Assembly: GCF_001194135.2 (NCBI RefSeq)
Contig: NC_068996.1
Coordinates: 50,808,395-50,872,394 of the forward strand
Source: Octopus bimaculoides
Lineage: Eukaryota
Reading direction: 5' to 3'
Length of the DNA stretch: 64,000 bases
The notes below the pieces were generated by a model. It made no database searches. It saw only the letters and a list, made by a program, of their open reading frames with translations, and had not been told where the DNA came from. Numbering within the stretch: the first letter of the stretch is position 1; each line of letters begins with the position of its first letter. The translations under genes were made by a program, and so were the position numbers. Positions 12,761 through 25,632 of this stretch are shown here, piece by piece.

Positions 12761-13969
12761 TTTAGTAAAATAGCCTTGTCACTGTTTTTTTTAACCATAA
12801 ATTGACATGAAATTTTGATAAGAAGTTTTAACTTAAATCACCTTAAATAGGAAGATGTAGGGTTGATCTCAGTTATGTTTGTATAAAAAGAGTTAGGATA
12901 AAGCAAGGTTGTTTTTTTTCTTTCTTTCTTTACATCTTGCGATTTTGTATTCAATGGACAGCTTGAATAACATACTATTTTCTTGGTTTGAAACATTTTG
13001 AGATTGCATCCCAATGCGACAGTCTCTATGTGGTCTATCAACCTATTAGAAATGGCAGCCAAATCTCCTCCAGATCACACACTGCTGTTTTAAAAACAAA
13101 TGAGACATGGACACATTGACTAATGTGGTCTAGATACACTGGTACTAAAAACAAGATAAGTTGATCATTTGGAAAGCCTTTGATTGTAGGGTTGCTCTAC
13201 TGGGGTTGTCCTGAGGCTAAACATCATTATGAGGTGATGGTTGAGGTGAAATATGAAGAAATTTCTCTAGCCGTCACTCTAGCCTGCAGTCTACATGGCC
13301 CATTTATGCTTTAGTGGGCTATTTAACCCTAACCCTAAACCTTATCCTGATCCTAATCCAGATCAGGTCATTTCACACTATAGATTATGGATACTGTGGT
13401 AGATTGCATGCTAAAGTAGCAACTGGTTTCTTCAACTGGTTTTTCATTTATGCAAGTGTGTGCATGTATGCGTGTATGTACATGCACTTGAATGCCTATG
13501 CCCATACTTGTGTTTGCACACCTGCGTATGCGTGTGCGTGTGTATGTATGCGTGCACACCTTTCTGTCTGTAATGGTTGACTTGTTGATGCAATAGGTTT
13601 AGTAAACTTTCTTCTTATGACCATATATGATCAATAGTTGAGTCATAATGCTTCATGAGAAGATATGATGAATAGAAATGGAAACTTTTTATAGTTTATT
13701 CAGCTGTAGGCTAGTGCTGACTCGGCTACTCATGATCAGACATTCCAACAAAGACCATCCCATGTTAGTGTTTCCCATCTCATTGTGTAACCAAGACTAC
13801 TTCTTCCTCTGTCTTTACCTTTTTTCTAAGATAATAGGAAAAGATTTGAGGGGAAATTTAGCTACTATTTCTAGCTGAGTGAGCAACCGGGATGAGCTAT
13901 TGCCCTCGTTGGCTCTCTTCAGATTATAGTGGATATGGTGTGGGGAGAGAGAGCTAGATTCAGCATGAT

Positions 13970-14038
<69 letters not shown>

Positions 14039-14570
14039 CCAGAAGTAATAATAATGTAATAGATTGCATTATGGAGTGTAGCTCAGTGCTTTGTATTTCT
14101 GAGTTATAGATATGCTGACGTCAGAAATTACCTTTCATCTCTCGGCAGGGTAAGGCTGTGGGTGTGTAGGGGTGGGCAGGTGTGTGTGTGTGTGATAAAA
14201 GGAACATCAATAATTTACTCGGTCAATTCACTCAACCGTGCCACTCCTCTTATCCAAATTTCCTTTTTCACTGATTTCATGAAAAATTCTTATACTGCTC
14301 TTTAATTTAGATACATAAAATCATTATAATTATTTTAATTGACATTAGCAATAAGGGTGTTTTTTTAAAAAAATGTTAAAGTAGGGTCTACTTGAGCTAG
14401 TTATTCTTTTAGAGTCCCTCCCCACATAGCTCTATAAAGAAGGAAGACACCTAGGTATTTGTGAGATATGAAGTGCCCCCATCACCTGAACTGGTGTCTA
14501 GTGCTTTCGTCTTCATAGCATATTCATTGATAGTGAACTGGACTAGATCATTGATAATAAATTAACTATA

Positions 14571-14729
14571 GGTGTAGGAGTAGCTGTGTGGTAAGTAGCT
14601 TGCTTACCAACCACATGGTTCCAGGTTCAGTCCCACTGCATGGCACCTTGGGTAAATGTCCTTTACTATAGCCTTGAGCCGACCAAAGCCTTGTGAGTGG
14701 ATTTGGTAGATGGAAACTAAAAGAAGACC
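14571..14729 (+). mobile_element. SINE family A 5' half, fused to a family B copy
   Basis: Head and core intact. The sequence switches to family B at about 14730. Confidence 0.8.
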
Positions 14730-14730
14730 G

Positions 14731-14983
14731 GCCGTTGCCAGTACCGCCTGACTGGCTCCTGTAGGATTTTCGAGCGAGATCGTTGCCAGTGCCCCTGGAC
14801 TGGCTTGTGCGGGTGGCACATAAAAGACACCATTTCGAGCGTGGCCGTTTTCGTGCGGGTGACACGTAAAAGCACCCACTACACTCTCTGAGTGGTTGGC
14901 GTTAGGAAGGGCATCCAGCTGTAGAAACTCTGCCAAATCAGACTGGAGCCTGGTGTTGCCATCCGGTTTCACCAGTCCTCAGT
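14731..14983 (+). mobile_element. Family B, young copy
   Basis: Reverse complement of 8172-8353 with 3 mismatches over about 182 bp. Confidence 0.85.
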
Positions 14984-15616
14984 NNNNNNNNNNNNNNNNN
15001 NNNNNNNNNNNNNNNNNNNNNNNNNNNNNNNNNNNNNNNNNNNNNNNNNNNNNNNNNNNNNNNNNNNNNNNNNNNNNNNNNNNNNNNNNNNNNNNNNNNN
15101 NNNNNNNNNNNNNNNNNNNNNNNNNNNNNNNNNNNNNNNNNNNNNNNNNNNNNNNNNNNNNNNNNNNNNNNNNNNNNNNNNNNNNNNNNNNNNNNNNNNN
15201 NNNNNNNNNNNNNNNNNNNNNNNNNNNNNNNNNNNNNNNNNNNNNNNNNNNNNNNNNNNNNNNNNNNNNNNNNNNNNNNNNNNNNNNNNNNNNNNNNNNN
15301 NNNNNNNNNNNNNNNNNNNNNNNNNNNNNNNNNNNNNNNNNNNNNNNNNNNNNNNNNNNNNNNNNNNNNNNNNNNNNNNNNNNNNNNNNNNNNNNNNNNN
15401 NNNNNNNNNNNNNNNNNNNNNNNNNNNNNNNNNNNNNNNNNNNNNNNNNNNNNNNNNNNNNNNNNNNNNNATAAATAAGTTATACATTCTTTTACTATTT
15501 GCAGTTATATCAATACTGACTGATATCTGGAATATCTTAATTTACTTCCTCCAGTTGCAAAACATAACTGAACTAATCACCTGTCTTGTAGGAAATATTT
15601 CTCCCAAAACACACGT

Positions 15617-15629
15617 GTGCGTGCATATG

Positions 15630-15664
<35 letters not shown>

Positions 15665-15778
15665 GCACACAGTCTCTCTCTCATGCGCATAGTCTCTCTC
15701 TCACGCACCGTCTCTCTATGTGTGCACACAGTCTCTCTCTCACCCATGCTCAGTCTCTCTCTCTCTCTCTCCCATGCT

Positions 15779-15817
<39 letters not shown>

Positions 15818-15926
15818 GCATGCAGTCTCTCTCTCTCACACATGCAGTCTCTCTCTCTCTCTCTCACGCATGCACAGTCTCTCTCATGTACACAGTCTCT
15901 CTCATGCACATAGTCTGTCTCTCAAG

Positions 15927-15957
<31 letters not shown>

Positions 15958-16500
15958 AGTTAGTCACTCATGATTTAAACCAATCATATCACATTCTCCT
16001 TTCTATCAGACAGGGCCTCTCACACTCCCTCCCTCCCTCTCTCTCTCAATCACTCACACACATTCTGTTTCCCTTGCTTCACTCCATATTCTAATTACCT
16101 TTCTTTCTGATTGTCTCTCTACACTCTGCCCTCAGCCCTTCCCTTGTTTTCTTTCTCCTTCGTGAACCTTGCATAAATCTTTGAATACAGACATATGTAC
16201 ATCACACATGCATTTCTCAACACATACCTTCTCTTTCTTTTTCTTTCAATCACTCTACTACTGATTCCCTCCAGTGTACAATAGGCTCTCATTTCTCTCT
16301 CTCTCCCCCCTCTATGCCTCTCTTTATCTCTCTGCCTCTCTTTATCTCTCTGCCCCTCTTTATCTCTCTTCCTCTCTTTATCTCTCTGCTTCTCTTTCTC
16401 TCTCTCTACATCTCTTTCTCTCTCTCTGCTTCTCTTTCCCTCTCTCTACATATCTTTCTCTCTCTCTGCATATCTTTCTCTCTCTGCTTCTCTTTCTCTG
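15617..16500. repeat. CA/CT-rich low-complexity arrays
   Basis: CAGTCTCTCTCT units (15670-15920) and 18-bp CTCTTTATCTCTCTGC-type units (16315-16490). Confidence 0.85.
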
Positions 16501-16519
16501 TATGTATACATGCACACAC

Positions 16520-16676
16520 ACACTCATGGGCTTTTTTCAGTTTCCTTCTACCAATTCCACTCACAAGGCTTTGGTCAGCTGGAGGATATAATTGAAGATA
16601 CTTACCCAATGTATTACACAGTGGGACTGAACCCAGTACCATGTGATTGGGAAGCAAACTTATCACACAGCCACCC

Positions 16677-16682
<6 letters not shown>
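16520..16682 (-). mobile_element. SINE family A 5' half
   Basis: Reverse-complement head and core. Confidence 0.7.
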
Positions 16683-16708
<26 letters not shown>

Positions 16709-16934
16709 GATATATATATGTAATAATAATAATACAAAGGCAGAATGCTAAACTGTAAACAGTTGCCATGCAATGAAAGCTGGTTAGAAACCCTTTTTAA
16801 TCCTTCTTAGATACATCTGCATTAAAATATGTTTTCAGTTTAGCATTCTGCTTTTTTATTATTATTATTTTTTCTTTTCGTATTATCTCTCCACGTGCGG
16901 TTAACACAACCCCAACATTTACTGGTTATATATA

Positions 16935-17065
16935 TAGATAGATAGATCGCTAGCCACTATGCATTTTTTCTCTCTCCTTGTTTCTTTCTGTGTTCCTTTC
17001 TGTGGAAGAGTGTAGGCTTGAAACGTTAAAGACTTTTTCACTTCCCGAGCATTAAACTCTCTCAT
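16935..17065 (+). mobile_element. Repeat family H2 copy (Penelope-like terminal repeat)
   Basis: Matches the 7915-8040 region. Confidence 0.55.
16996..17031 (+). ncRNA. Hammerhead-like motif with variant core CUGUGGA (family H2)
   Basis: CTTT-CTGTGGA-A-GAGT-GTAG-GCTT-GAAA-CGTT-AAAG. The ACGT palindromic stem III is retained. Confidence 0.42.
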
Positions 17066-17498
17066 CATGTGGCTTCCTTGTCTCTTTTCTATAAGTGTTT
17101 CTATGGACATCATTCAGCTGAGCTCTCTTCTCTGGTTCCTCCTTTAAGAACTTAGCAGCAATCAACTAGACTTGCATCCAGTTCTCATCAATATACTGTG
17201 CAACCTCCCAAGTATCGTAAAGCACTTTACAGGACCAGTTTCTTCCCTCTCACCTCTGAACTTAGGAATTACCTTCCTCTACAATATGACCTCCAGTCTT
17301 TTAAGTCTAATGTACATTGTCACATATGGACTTCTGTCCAGCGTCCATTTTATTCTAGAAGCTCTTACATTTTCAGTGGTCTAAGGACTTTGTAACAAGT
17401 GAATGCTTTTAAAAAAAATATGTAGATAATTTTGAGAAGAAACAATAGTTGATCTTTAAAATTTAGCACTGGGCACCTGAGCACTATACACAATAATT

Positions 17499-17530
<32 letters not shown>

Positions 17531-18152
17531 GTCTGCCATTACATTCCGAGTTCAAATTCTGCCGAGGTTGATTTTGTCTGTCAAGTACCAGTTACATACT
17601 GGGGTCAATGTAATCGACTTAATCTCTTTTTCTGCCTCTTCTATGTTTACCCCCCTGTGGGCAATAAAGAAATAAGAACTATTATTGTTACTATACACAA
17701 TAATTTCATTATTATTGTTATAAATTGGACCTAGCTACTTTCTCTCCAACCTTTAGTTAACATTTTCTCTTTCTGTTTTCATCTCTATATGACATGATAT
17801 AATGACGTAAAAGTGACTCGATTACTAATATCCTACCATCAACTAGTAACAGACCTACCACATGTCACATGACTTGACTGCAAGGCTATTTCTAAATGTG
17901 TCGAATTAATTTCTCACATGAGAGAGCAAAAATTACTTCAGTTTACTTCTTATCTGTTTTAAAGTGGACCAACAACATCAGCAATAATATCCTTTCATGA
18001 TTACTCATGCATGAATGAATGAATGCTGTCAAAATAGTTGTGCCATGCTAAAATTGTTATCTTCAGTAGACTCTGTGTAACTAAGAAAGTGAAAGAAATT
18101 AATGTATTATTTTCTGCCAGATTTTCCCATTTTGTAGAAAATGAATGAATGT

Positions 18153-18432
18153 TGGCATGGGTGTGTGGTAAGAAATTTGCTTTCCAGCTACATGGTTTTG
18201 AGTTCAGTCCCCTGCTGTGCGGCACCTTAGGCAAGTGCCTTCTACTACAGCTCTGAGCTGACCAAAGCCTTGTGAGTGGATTTGGTAGGTAGATGGAAAC
18301 TGAAAGAAGCCTGTTGTATATGTGTGTGTCTCTACTTGACACTACTTGTGTCACAACCTGACAACCACTGTTGGTTTGTTTACGTTCTTGTAACTTAGTA
18401 GTCCTGCAAAAGACACTGACAGAATAAGTACC
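18153..18432 (+). mobile_element. SINE family A, 3' disrupted
   Basis: Head, core and mid-body homology. Confidence 0.75.
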
Positions 18433-18687
18433 AGATTTAGGGGACAAAAAGAGTACTGGGAAATCACCTCTAACTTTGTAGTACAAATGTCTTGTTTACA
18501 AAAGTTCTGAATTAAAATCTTCCACCAAACTTTAGTCACAGTTTGTGTTCCTAACACTATCTTAATGATAACTAAGTTATTTTACTAAATTCTTTGTTAT
18601 ATGTAAAATTAATTGAAAGAAACACAGAACATCTCAACAGAAATACGGTAACGAAAGGGTTAAAATATATAATAGAGAAACAATTCT

Positions 18688-18916
18688 TAACCCTTTAGAT
18701 ACTAACCCAGCTGAAACTGGCTCTGGTTCTGAGTACAAATGTCTTGTTTTCAAAAGTTCTGAATTAAAATCTTCCACCAAACCTTAGTCACAATTAATGT
18801 TCCTAACACTAGCTTCATGATAACTAAAGTTATTTTACTAAATTCTTTGTTATATTTAAGATTAATTGAAAGAAACACAGAACATCTCAACAGAAATATA
18901 GTAACAAAAGGGTTAA
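18688..18916 (+). mobile_element. TTAA-flanked MITE family M1 (piggyBac-like ends), with a partial tandem copy at 18481-18663
   Basis: TTAACCCTTT...AAAAGGGTTAA ends. Confidence 0.75.
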
Positions 18917-19291
18917 AATATATAATAGAGAAGCAATTCTTAACCCTTTAGATAACCCCGTAACCTAGCGGTTCTGCAAAAGAAAAGGGTGATAACTAAA
19001 TACTGCAAGTTGAAACCTCACTGCTAGCTATTTACTAATAGTTATTTGTTGCCTTGTTCTGTGTGCGTACCACCTGGCTGTTAGGAAAAGTTCCTGATTA
19101 TCTGGGAATGTTTATCTGCAAAGGACTGGTGTCATATCCTGTTGGATGGGGATTTGTGGCTCAACTTAATACTAGGAAGTTAGTTCTAAGTGCTGACCCT
19201 TTTAAAAGTACATTTGGTGTAGGAAGTGTATTGGCATTTATGTGTGCATATGTATGAGTATTTGTGTGTGCATATGCACACACACACGTGT

Positions 19292-19332
<41 letters not shown>

Positions 19333-19599
19333 TGCTCAACTCTGTTTTCTTAGCTGTGATCACTGATCTTTCTTATATCACTCAAAGCATTTTCTTAATA
19401 GTTTTAGAAACCTAAGTGAGGTAACATTCCAATGGCTCCCTAAAATATTTGTATTGGTTAACTTGAGGAGTTATATTTAAGTATTGGTTGGTTAATTGAC
19501 TGTTGGTGTAACATAATAGATATTGCATCACATTTCATTAGCATTGTCATCGTTATCATTTATCGTTACTATGGTTATGATTTTCGTCATCATTACAAT

Positions 19600-20067
19600 T
19601 GTCACGATTGTCATTACAAACATCGTCTATTTACAAACATCATCATCATTGCTGTCAATTATCATCAATCATCATCATCACTATCAATCATCATCATCAC
19701 TGTCAATTATCAATCATCATCATCACTATCAATCATCATCATCATCACTATCAATCATCATCATCATCACTATCAATCATCATCATCATCACTATCAATC
19801 ATCATCAACACTATCAATCATCATCGTCACTATCAATCATCATCATCACTATCAATCATCATCGTCACTACCAATCATCATCGTCACTACCAATCATCAT
19901 CGTCACTGTCAATCATCATCGTCACTGTCAATCATCATCGTCACTGTCAATCATCATCGTCACTGTCAATCATCATCGTCACTGTCAATCATCATCGTCA
20001 CCACCAATCATCATTATTGTCATCAGACATCATCACAATCACCAACTTCAACATCGCTATCATCATT
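19600..20067. repeat. (ATC)n-derived compound minisatellite, 18-27 bp units
   Basis: Iterated CACTATCAATCATCATCAT and CGTCACTGTCAATCATCAT units. Confidence 0.9.
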
Positions 20068-20519
20068 AAAATGCCATATCAGAGTGTCTTTCTATTTTAG
20101 TCAATTTCAAGTTGAAGTAAAGCCACCCCATGGTGCCATAACAGCATGGGGCACTTTCTTTTGAACCAAAAGTTTAAGATGGGTGGATGGGTGAAGTTTG
20201 GTAAATGTTTAGTTTGAAATGTTGTGAGTTCATATTTTTGGCTGGCATCTACCTACGTAAGGCAAGTTTCTCTGTAATAAAGCTTGTTATTTCAGATATT
20301 GTTATTATTATCTCCCCACTTTCTTCTTTTCTTTTTCTTTTCTATACTTTAGTGTAGGGAACTTTATTAGAACTTAGAATAATTGTTTTTAGAGCTGGGT
20401 ACTCATCTAATTGCTAACCATTACTACACTCTGAAGCTGGAGGGGAGAGTTAGGTTTGAGGGGGTGGGTGGGATGTCAGTCAAAATGAGCAGACTTATGT
20501 CGGCTTGCTCAGGTCCCTC

Positions 20520-20930
20520 TACTCTTTTACTCTTTTACTTGTTTCAGTCATTTCACTGTAGCCATGCTGGAGCACCGCCTTTAGTCAAATCAAATCGACC
20601 CCAGGACTTATTCTTTGGAAGCCTAGTACTTATTCTATCGGTCACTTTTGCCGAACCACTAAGTTACAGGGACGTAAACACACTACCATCGGTTGTCAAG
20701 TGATGTTAGGGGGGACAAACACAGACGCACAAACATATACACACACACACACATACATATATACACATATATATGACGGGCTTCTTTCAGTTTCCGTCTA
20801 CCAAATCTACTCAAGGCTTTGGTCGGCCCGAGGTTATAGTAGAAGACACTTAAGGTGCCACACAGTGGGACTGAACCCGAAACCATGTGGTTGGTAAGCA
20901 AGCTACTTACCACACAGCCACTCCTATGCC
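20520..20930 (-). mobile_element. tRNA-headed CORE-like SINE family A, full length
   Basis: Pol III A/B-box head, ACCTTGGGCAAGTGTC-type CORE-like segment (shortened in this copy), central CA/TA microsatellite, (GTAAAAGA)n tail. Confidence 0.85.
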
Positions 20931-21109
20931 TACTGTTCATGTTTATATCTCAAAAGGGTCAATTTTGCTGCTTATCTTTTTTTTCTCTTTTGAAATAAGT
21001 AAAATGTTTTGTGTGTGTGTGTGTGTGTGTGCGTGCGCGCGCACGTGCACATGGATTCAATTCACTGTTTCTCACTTGTAAATTTGTAGTTATTGCCACC
21101 ATTATTACC

Positions 21110-21149
<40 letters not shown>

Positions 21150-21162
21150 TTATTATTGCTGC

Positions 21163-21590
21163 TGCGGTGAGCTAGCACAATTGTTAGCACACTGGGCAAA
21201 ATGTTTAGCGGTATTTCATCTGTTACGTTCTGAATTCAAATTCTGCTGGGGTTGACTTTGTCTTTCATCCTTTTGGAGTCAATGAATTAAGTACCAGTGA
21301 AACACTGGGGTTGATGTAATCGACTGGTCCCCTCCCCAAAATTTCAGGCCTTGTGCCTTTCGTAGAAAGGATTATTATTATTATTGTTGTTATTAAGGTG
21401 ATGAGCTGGTGGAATCGTTAGCATGCTGGGTAAAATACTTAGTGACATTTCTTCTAGCTTTACATTCTGAGTTCAAATTCTACCAAGATTCATCCTTTCA
21501 GGATTGTAAAAATAAGAACCAATTGATCACTGGTACCAGTGTAATCAACTAATCACCCTTTTCCTCAAAATTTCAGGCCTTGTCCTTATA
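21163..21590 (+). mobile_element. Two tandem SINE family C copies
   Basis: Copies at 21163-21372 and 21395-21590, each next to (TTA)n. Confidence 0.8.
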
Positions 21591-22175
21591 GAAATTCCTG
21601 GGATTGATCTGGTACCAGACAAGGATTCTGAATTATTTGTTATATTTACTTTACATGAAGTATTATGATCTTATGTTCACTTTCAAGTATTTCTCTGATT
21701 AATCTCCTTTGAAATCATGCTTATAGTTTCTATATAAGTTACAGTGGCATTGCTGTTCCCAAAGTTTTATTTTCGTTTCTCTATTATTAATTTTACTCGC
21801 ATTTCTATCTTAGTAGAAACTGATGGATAAAGAAATCAAACTACACAAACAAGCGGCAGCAAAACCGTTCAGAAATTAAATGACACTAACATATTCAGTA
21901 ACAATAATAAATTTAGTTTATCCTAGAAAATAGCATTTCTAGCTCTGCCTTGAAGGAAGCTTCACTTCTTGGACTCACATTTTTGTGTGCAATGATGTTG
22001 TTAAACCTTTGTTAACAGCACTGCATGCAGGTCCTTTCTGTTTTCTCTCACACACAGATAAATTTTTCACTAATGGTCATAGAGAAAACTGTCCCTGTTC
22101 ACACTGCAGACGACACACATACAGCATTACAAACACAGCCCGCACACCGACCTTCATTCATATTCCATGACTACC

Positions 22176-22393
22176 ATTGGGATCGATCAGGTACCGGACA
22201 AGGATTCTGGATTATTTTTCCTGTATTTTTACTTAATTTTTGAGAGTGGTCACATTCATTTTTAGTATTCTCGGTTGTGAGAGCAGTTGAGTTTATTTCA
22301 GATATTCTCATTTTAAAAATCATCTCTGGCTAATCATTGAGAGGACATTGGTGTTGCCTTGGCGGAGGTTTGTGCTCTCTGAGTGCTCTTGTT
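22176..22393 (+). mobile_element. 3' half of the same HINE-like family
   Basis: Matches 2210-2435 and ends CCTTGGCGGAGGTTTGTGCTCTCTGAGTGC. A short related fragment lies at 21597-21640. Confidence 0.65.
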
Positions 22394-23940
22394 ATTATAA
22401 TTATTTGCAACTACATCGTTTCAATTTTATCTCATGATGTGCACCTTGGTGAAGTGTCTTCTGTTGTAACCTTTGGTTGACTAATGATATATATATATAT
22501 ATNNNNNNNNNNNNNNNNNNNNNNNNNNNNNNNNNNNNNNNNNNNNNNNNNNNNNNNNNNNNNNNNNNNNNNNNNNNNNNNNNNNNNNNNNNNNNNNNNN
22601 NNNNNNNNNNNNNNNNNNNNNNNNNNNNNNNNNNNNNNNNNNNNNNNNNNNNNNNNNNNNNNNNNNNNNNNNNNNNNNNNNNNNNNNNNNNNNNNNNNNN
22701 NNNNNNNNNNNNNNNNNNNNNNNNNNNNNNNNNNNNNNNNNNNNNNNNNNNNNNNNNNNTATATATATATATATATATATATATATGATATATATATATG
22801 ATATATATCTTTTAGATTTGTTTATGGTAACATTTTGAATATTTACAAATAAAGTTCCTATTCCATTATGGCAGCCACTGTCTCATGACTAGTGAGTCAG
22901 TTTTTCAGGGTTGCACCAAGTTATACTGATATAATGTAGGATAAATATAATAATAATCCTAGGATGGAATTTATAAGCATTTAATGCTTTGCACAAATCA
23001 CATTACTTTTAAAATCACAATCTGTATTCTTGGGATGATTACAGTGTAGTCTGTAGTATCCTTGGGTATCTGGTTGATCATCATCATTCATTCATTTCTT
23101 CAGGCCATATCACCTTAGTGGATAAACCACAGAGAGATGTTTTTCTCGTTTTACCAGTCTGAAGGTCAAGTGAGATATGTAGGTATTTCTGTGTGTATAC
23201 ACACCTTATTCTTTAATAATAAATATTAATTTTGTACTCCACAGCAAGTATTGAGTAATCCTTCAGTTTAATGTTAAATTGTTTTTATTATAATTTGGCA
23301 GTAAAAATAAACTAACGGGTTGAGGGAAAAAATAGCTGCATACATCATCTTGGACAGGCTCAGAGGTTGAGAGCAAAATGATGAAACTACTCTGCTTGTA
23401 TTCATTCCGTGTTGGAGCATTGCTGAACTGCAGAGTGTTGTGGAGTGTTGTTGATATGTAGGGTGAATTTGACTATGGACTGATGTGAAGATTATTTCAC
23501 TATCTTCCTTTGATTGGGAAGAACAAGTGTTTTTTTCTTTTGTTTAGTGGTGAAAGGAATTGTGTGGTGGATGTAATTGAAAGAACTAAAGACAGTTAGT
23601 TTTTTCTATGGCCAGTTCCTAATTGACTGTTTTGTTTGTAGAGGAGAATGAGATCAGGGAGGGTGATACTACCCCCACTGTAAATGTGATGTGTGAGAGA
23701 TAACCATAACCTGGGTGAATGTATCTACTCTATGTATCTATATACCATATAATGGTAACTGGAAGAGGGCATTCACCCTTAATAGTCAGAGTAATCATGT
23801 ATCTGTATAGTTCCTTAATTGACTCTAGATGGATGCCCCTCTTTTTTGGGGACATTTTCCTTCTATTTGTTACTTTCTTTTATACTCAGTGTAAACCCTG
23901 TGTTGCACCAAGATCTTGTACTCTCCCAACATCTTGGGCC

Positions 23941-24047
23941 TTCATCATCATCATCATCATCATCATTATCATCATTTAACGTCCGCTTTCCATGCTAGCA
24001 TGGGTTGGACGATTTGACTGAGGACTGGCAAACCAGATAGCTACACC
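23941..24047 (-). mobile_element. Family B 3' fragment
   Basis: (ATC)n followed by TTTAACGTCCGCTTTCCATGCTAGCATGGG. Confidence 0.8.
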
Positions 24048-25632
24048 TCATGGCTAATAAAAGACAAAGATGGTTAATTTCCTGAATCATTAATGTTGGA
24101 CAAAATACCTTTTGAGGTTTAGTTGACTCTTTACATTCAGTGTTCAAATCTTGCTGATCTCAATTGTGCCTTTCAACCATCTGGGGGTACATAAAATAAA
24201 GTACCACTCGAATACTGGCATTGGCTTCAGCTACTTCCTCCCCACCACCTCTAAATATCTAGTCTTGTACTTGCATTGGAAATTATTTCATTGAAGTAAC
24301 CATCTTTACAGACAAATAAAACTTTTTTTTTTAATGTGCTATTGAATTAATTGCATGAGGAGATTGGATGAATTAAAACTGATGTATGGGACACATTTTT
24401 CAGCCAGTCATAAGATAAATACAGGGACTGCAAACAGGCATGTGATGAAAAATTAGATGGAAAATTTCATCTATAGAGTTACTATGACAACTGGTCATAA
24501 TTATCACTGATATGAGATGGGTGGTGTTGGGGACAAGAAAGTTTTAGGCTTCAGCAGATCATTATTAAAAATGGGATTGGAATGAAGTAAGCAGTGAAGT
24601 GTTGTTAATAAAGTGGGTGAATTTTTCTTGCAAAATTCCCTTGAGCATCGAGAGAAATGGGAGCTGTAAATTCTTTTAAGACATTTTCTTGGGGCAATAT
24701 ATGAAGACTTTCAAGGGATAAAGTACAGTTTGTTCTGAAAACCAGGATCTGTTTATGCATTTCATAATTAGGCAGCTTCGTTGATATTTCATTGAACATG
24801 AATAAATAATCAAATAAATAACTTCAAATTCGGATACAGATGTTTAACTGGAGAGGATATGGGTGGGGAGAAATGAAGAATTTGTAAATAATTTGAAAAT
24901 ATTTTCTCTTACAGTCCTAAATTAAGTTTTTCTGCGTTTTTTTTTTTATCCCCTAAAAACTGAAACAGTATTTATATTTCATCTCTACTACTACTATAAC
25001 TGTCTTTACTCCATAGCCTACAGCTATTGGTTAAGTAACAATCTGTAATATACTGCAGTATATACACCAGCATGTTAATTTCATTCATTGTGCCTCTGTT
25101 AATGCTTACATCTTTTAAATATTGTTTTATGTAAATATATGTAAATATCTTGATTTCTTATTAAATATCTAAATGTCTATAATATTAATAACAGCAGCTC
25201 ATCTCAGTTCTCAAACCATTTAGCAATGAGACATTTAAAAAAATGTCATAGCAATCATTGCAATAGGTTTTGATCCCTAATGGTCACTGAGTATCATATT
25301 CCTGAATGTATATAATCTTTTTTCTAAATCCTTGGATATATCCTCAGTTTGAAAATTTATAGGAATATTACTACTTCTATTAATTAGCAGGTTGTTGTTC
25401 TTACATTGTTACTTGCTAATATTATTACTTGCATTTTGGCATAGTCTACCCAGGATTGCTTAATTCACAAGATAATATTATAGCTATAAAGTACTTTAGT
25501 TTTAATACATTGACTCAGTGAGCTACAAACAGGCCACACTTTAGTGCAATGTTTGTCATAGGTAGAGGGAAACAACCCTTTTCTGGAGTAGCGCTTTGAG
25601 GATTGAAAAAGGGTAGATGGGTGAATTGCTGT

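Noticed and set aside
13325-13360. CCCTAA/TTAGGG-like units (also 54836-54850)
   Set aside because: Only two or three degenerate units, too short for interstitial telomere sequence.
14604-14972. Recurring MKPDG.TRLQSDLAEFLQLDALPNANHS peptide
   Set aside because: It is the antisense translation of repeat family B, and the frame is not kept among copies.
17987-17995. ATATCCTTT (and GTATCCTT near 23056) resembling U12 donors
   Set aside because: There is no credible upstream exon or partner branch site, and such matches are expected by chance in AT-rich DNA.
19523-20164. 213-aa and 156-aa His/Ser/Ile-rich ORFs
   Set aside because: They are translations of an (ATC)n-derived minisatellite, with no splice signals or domain.
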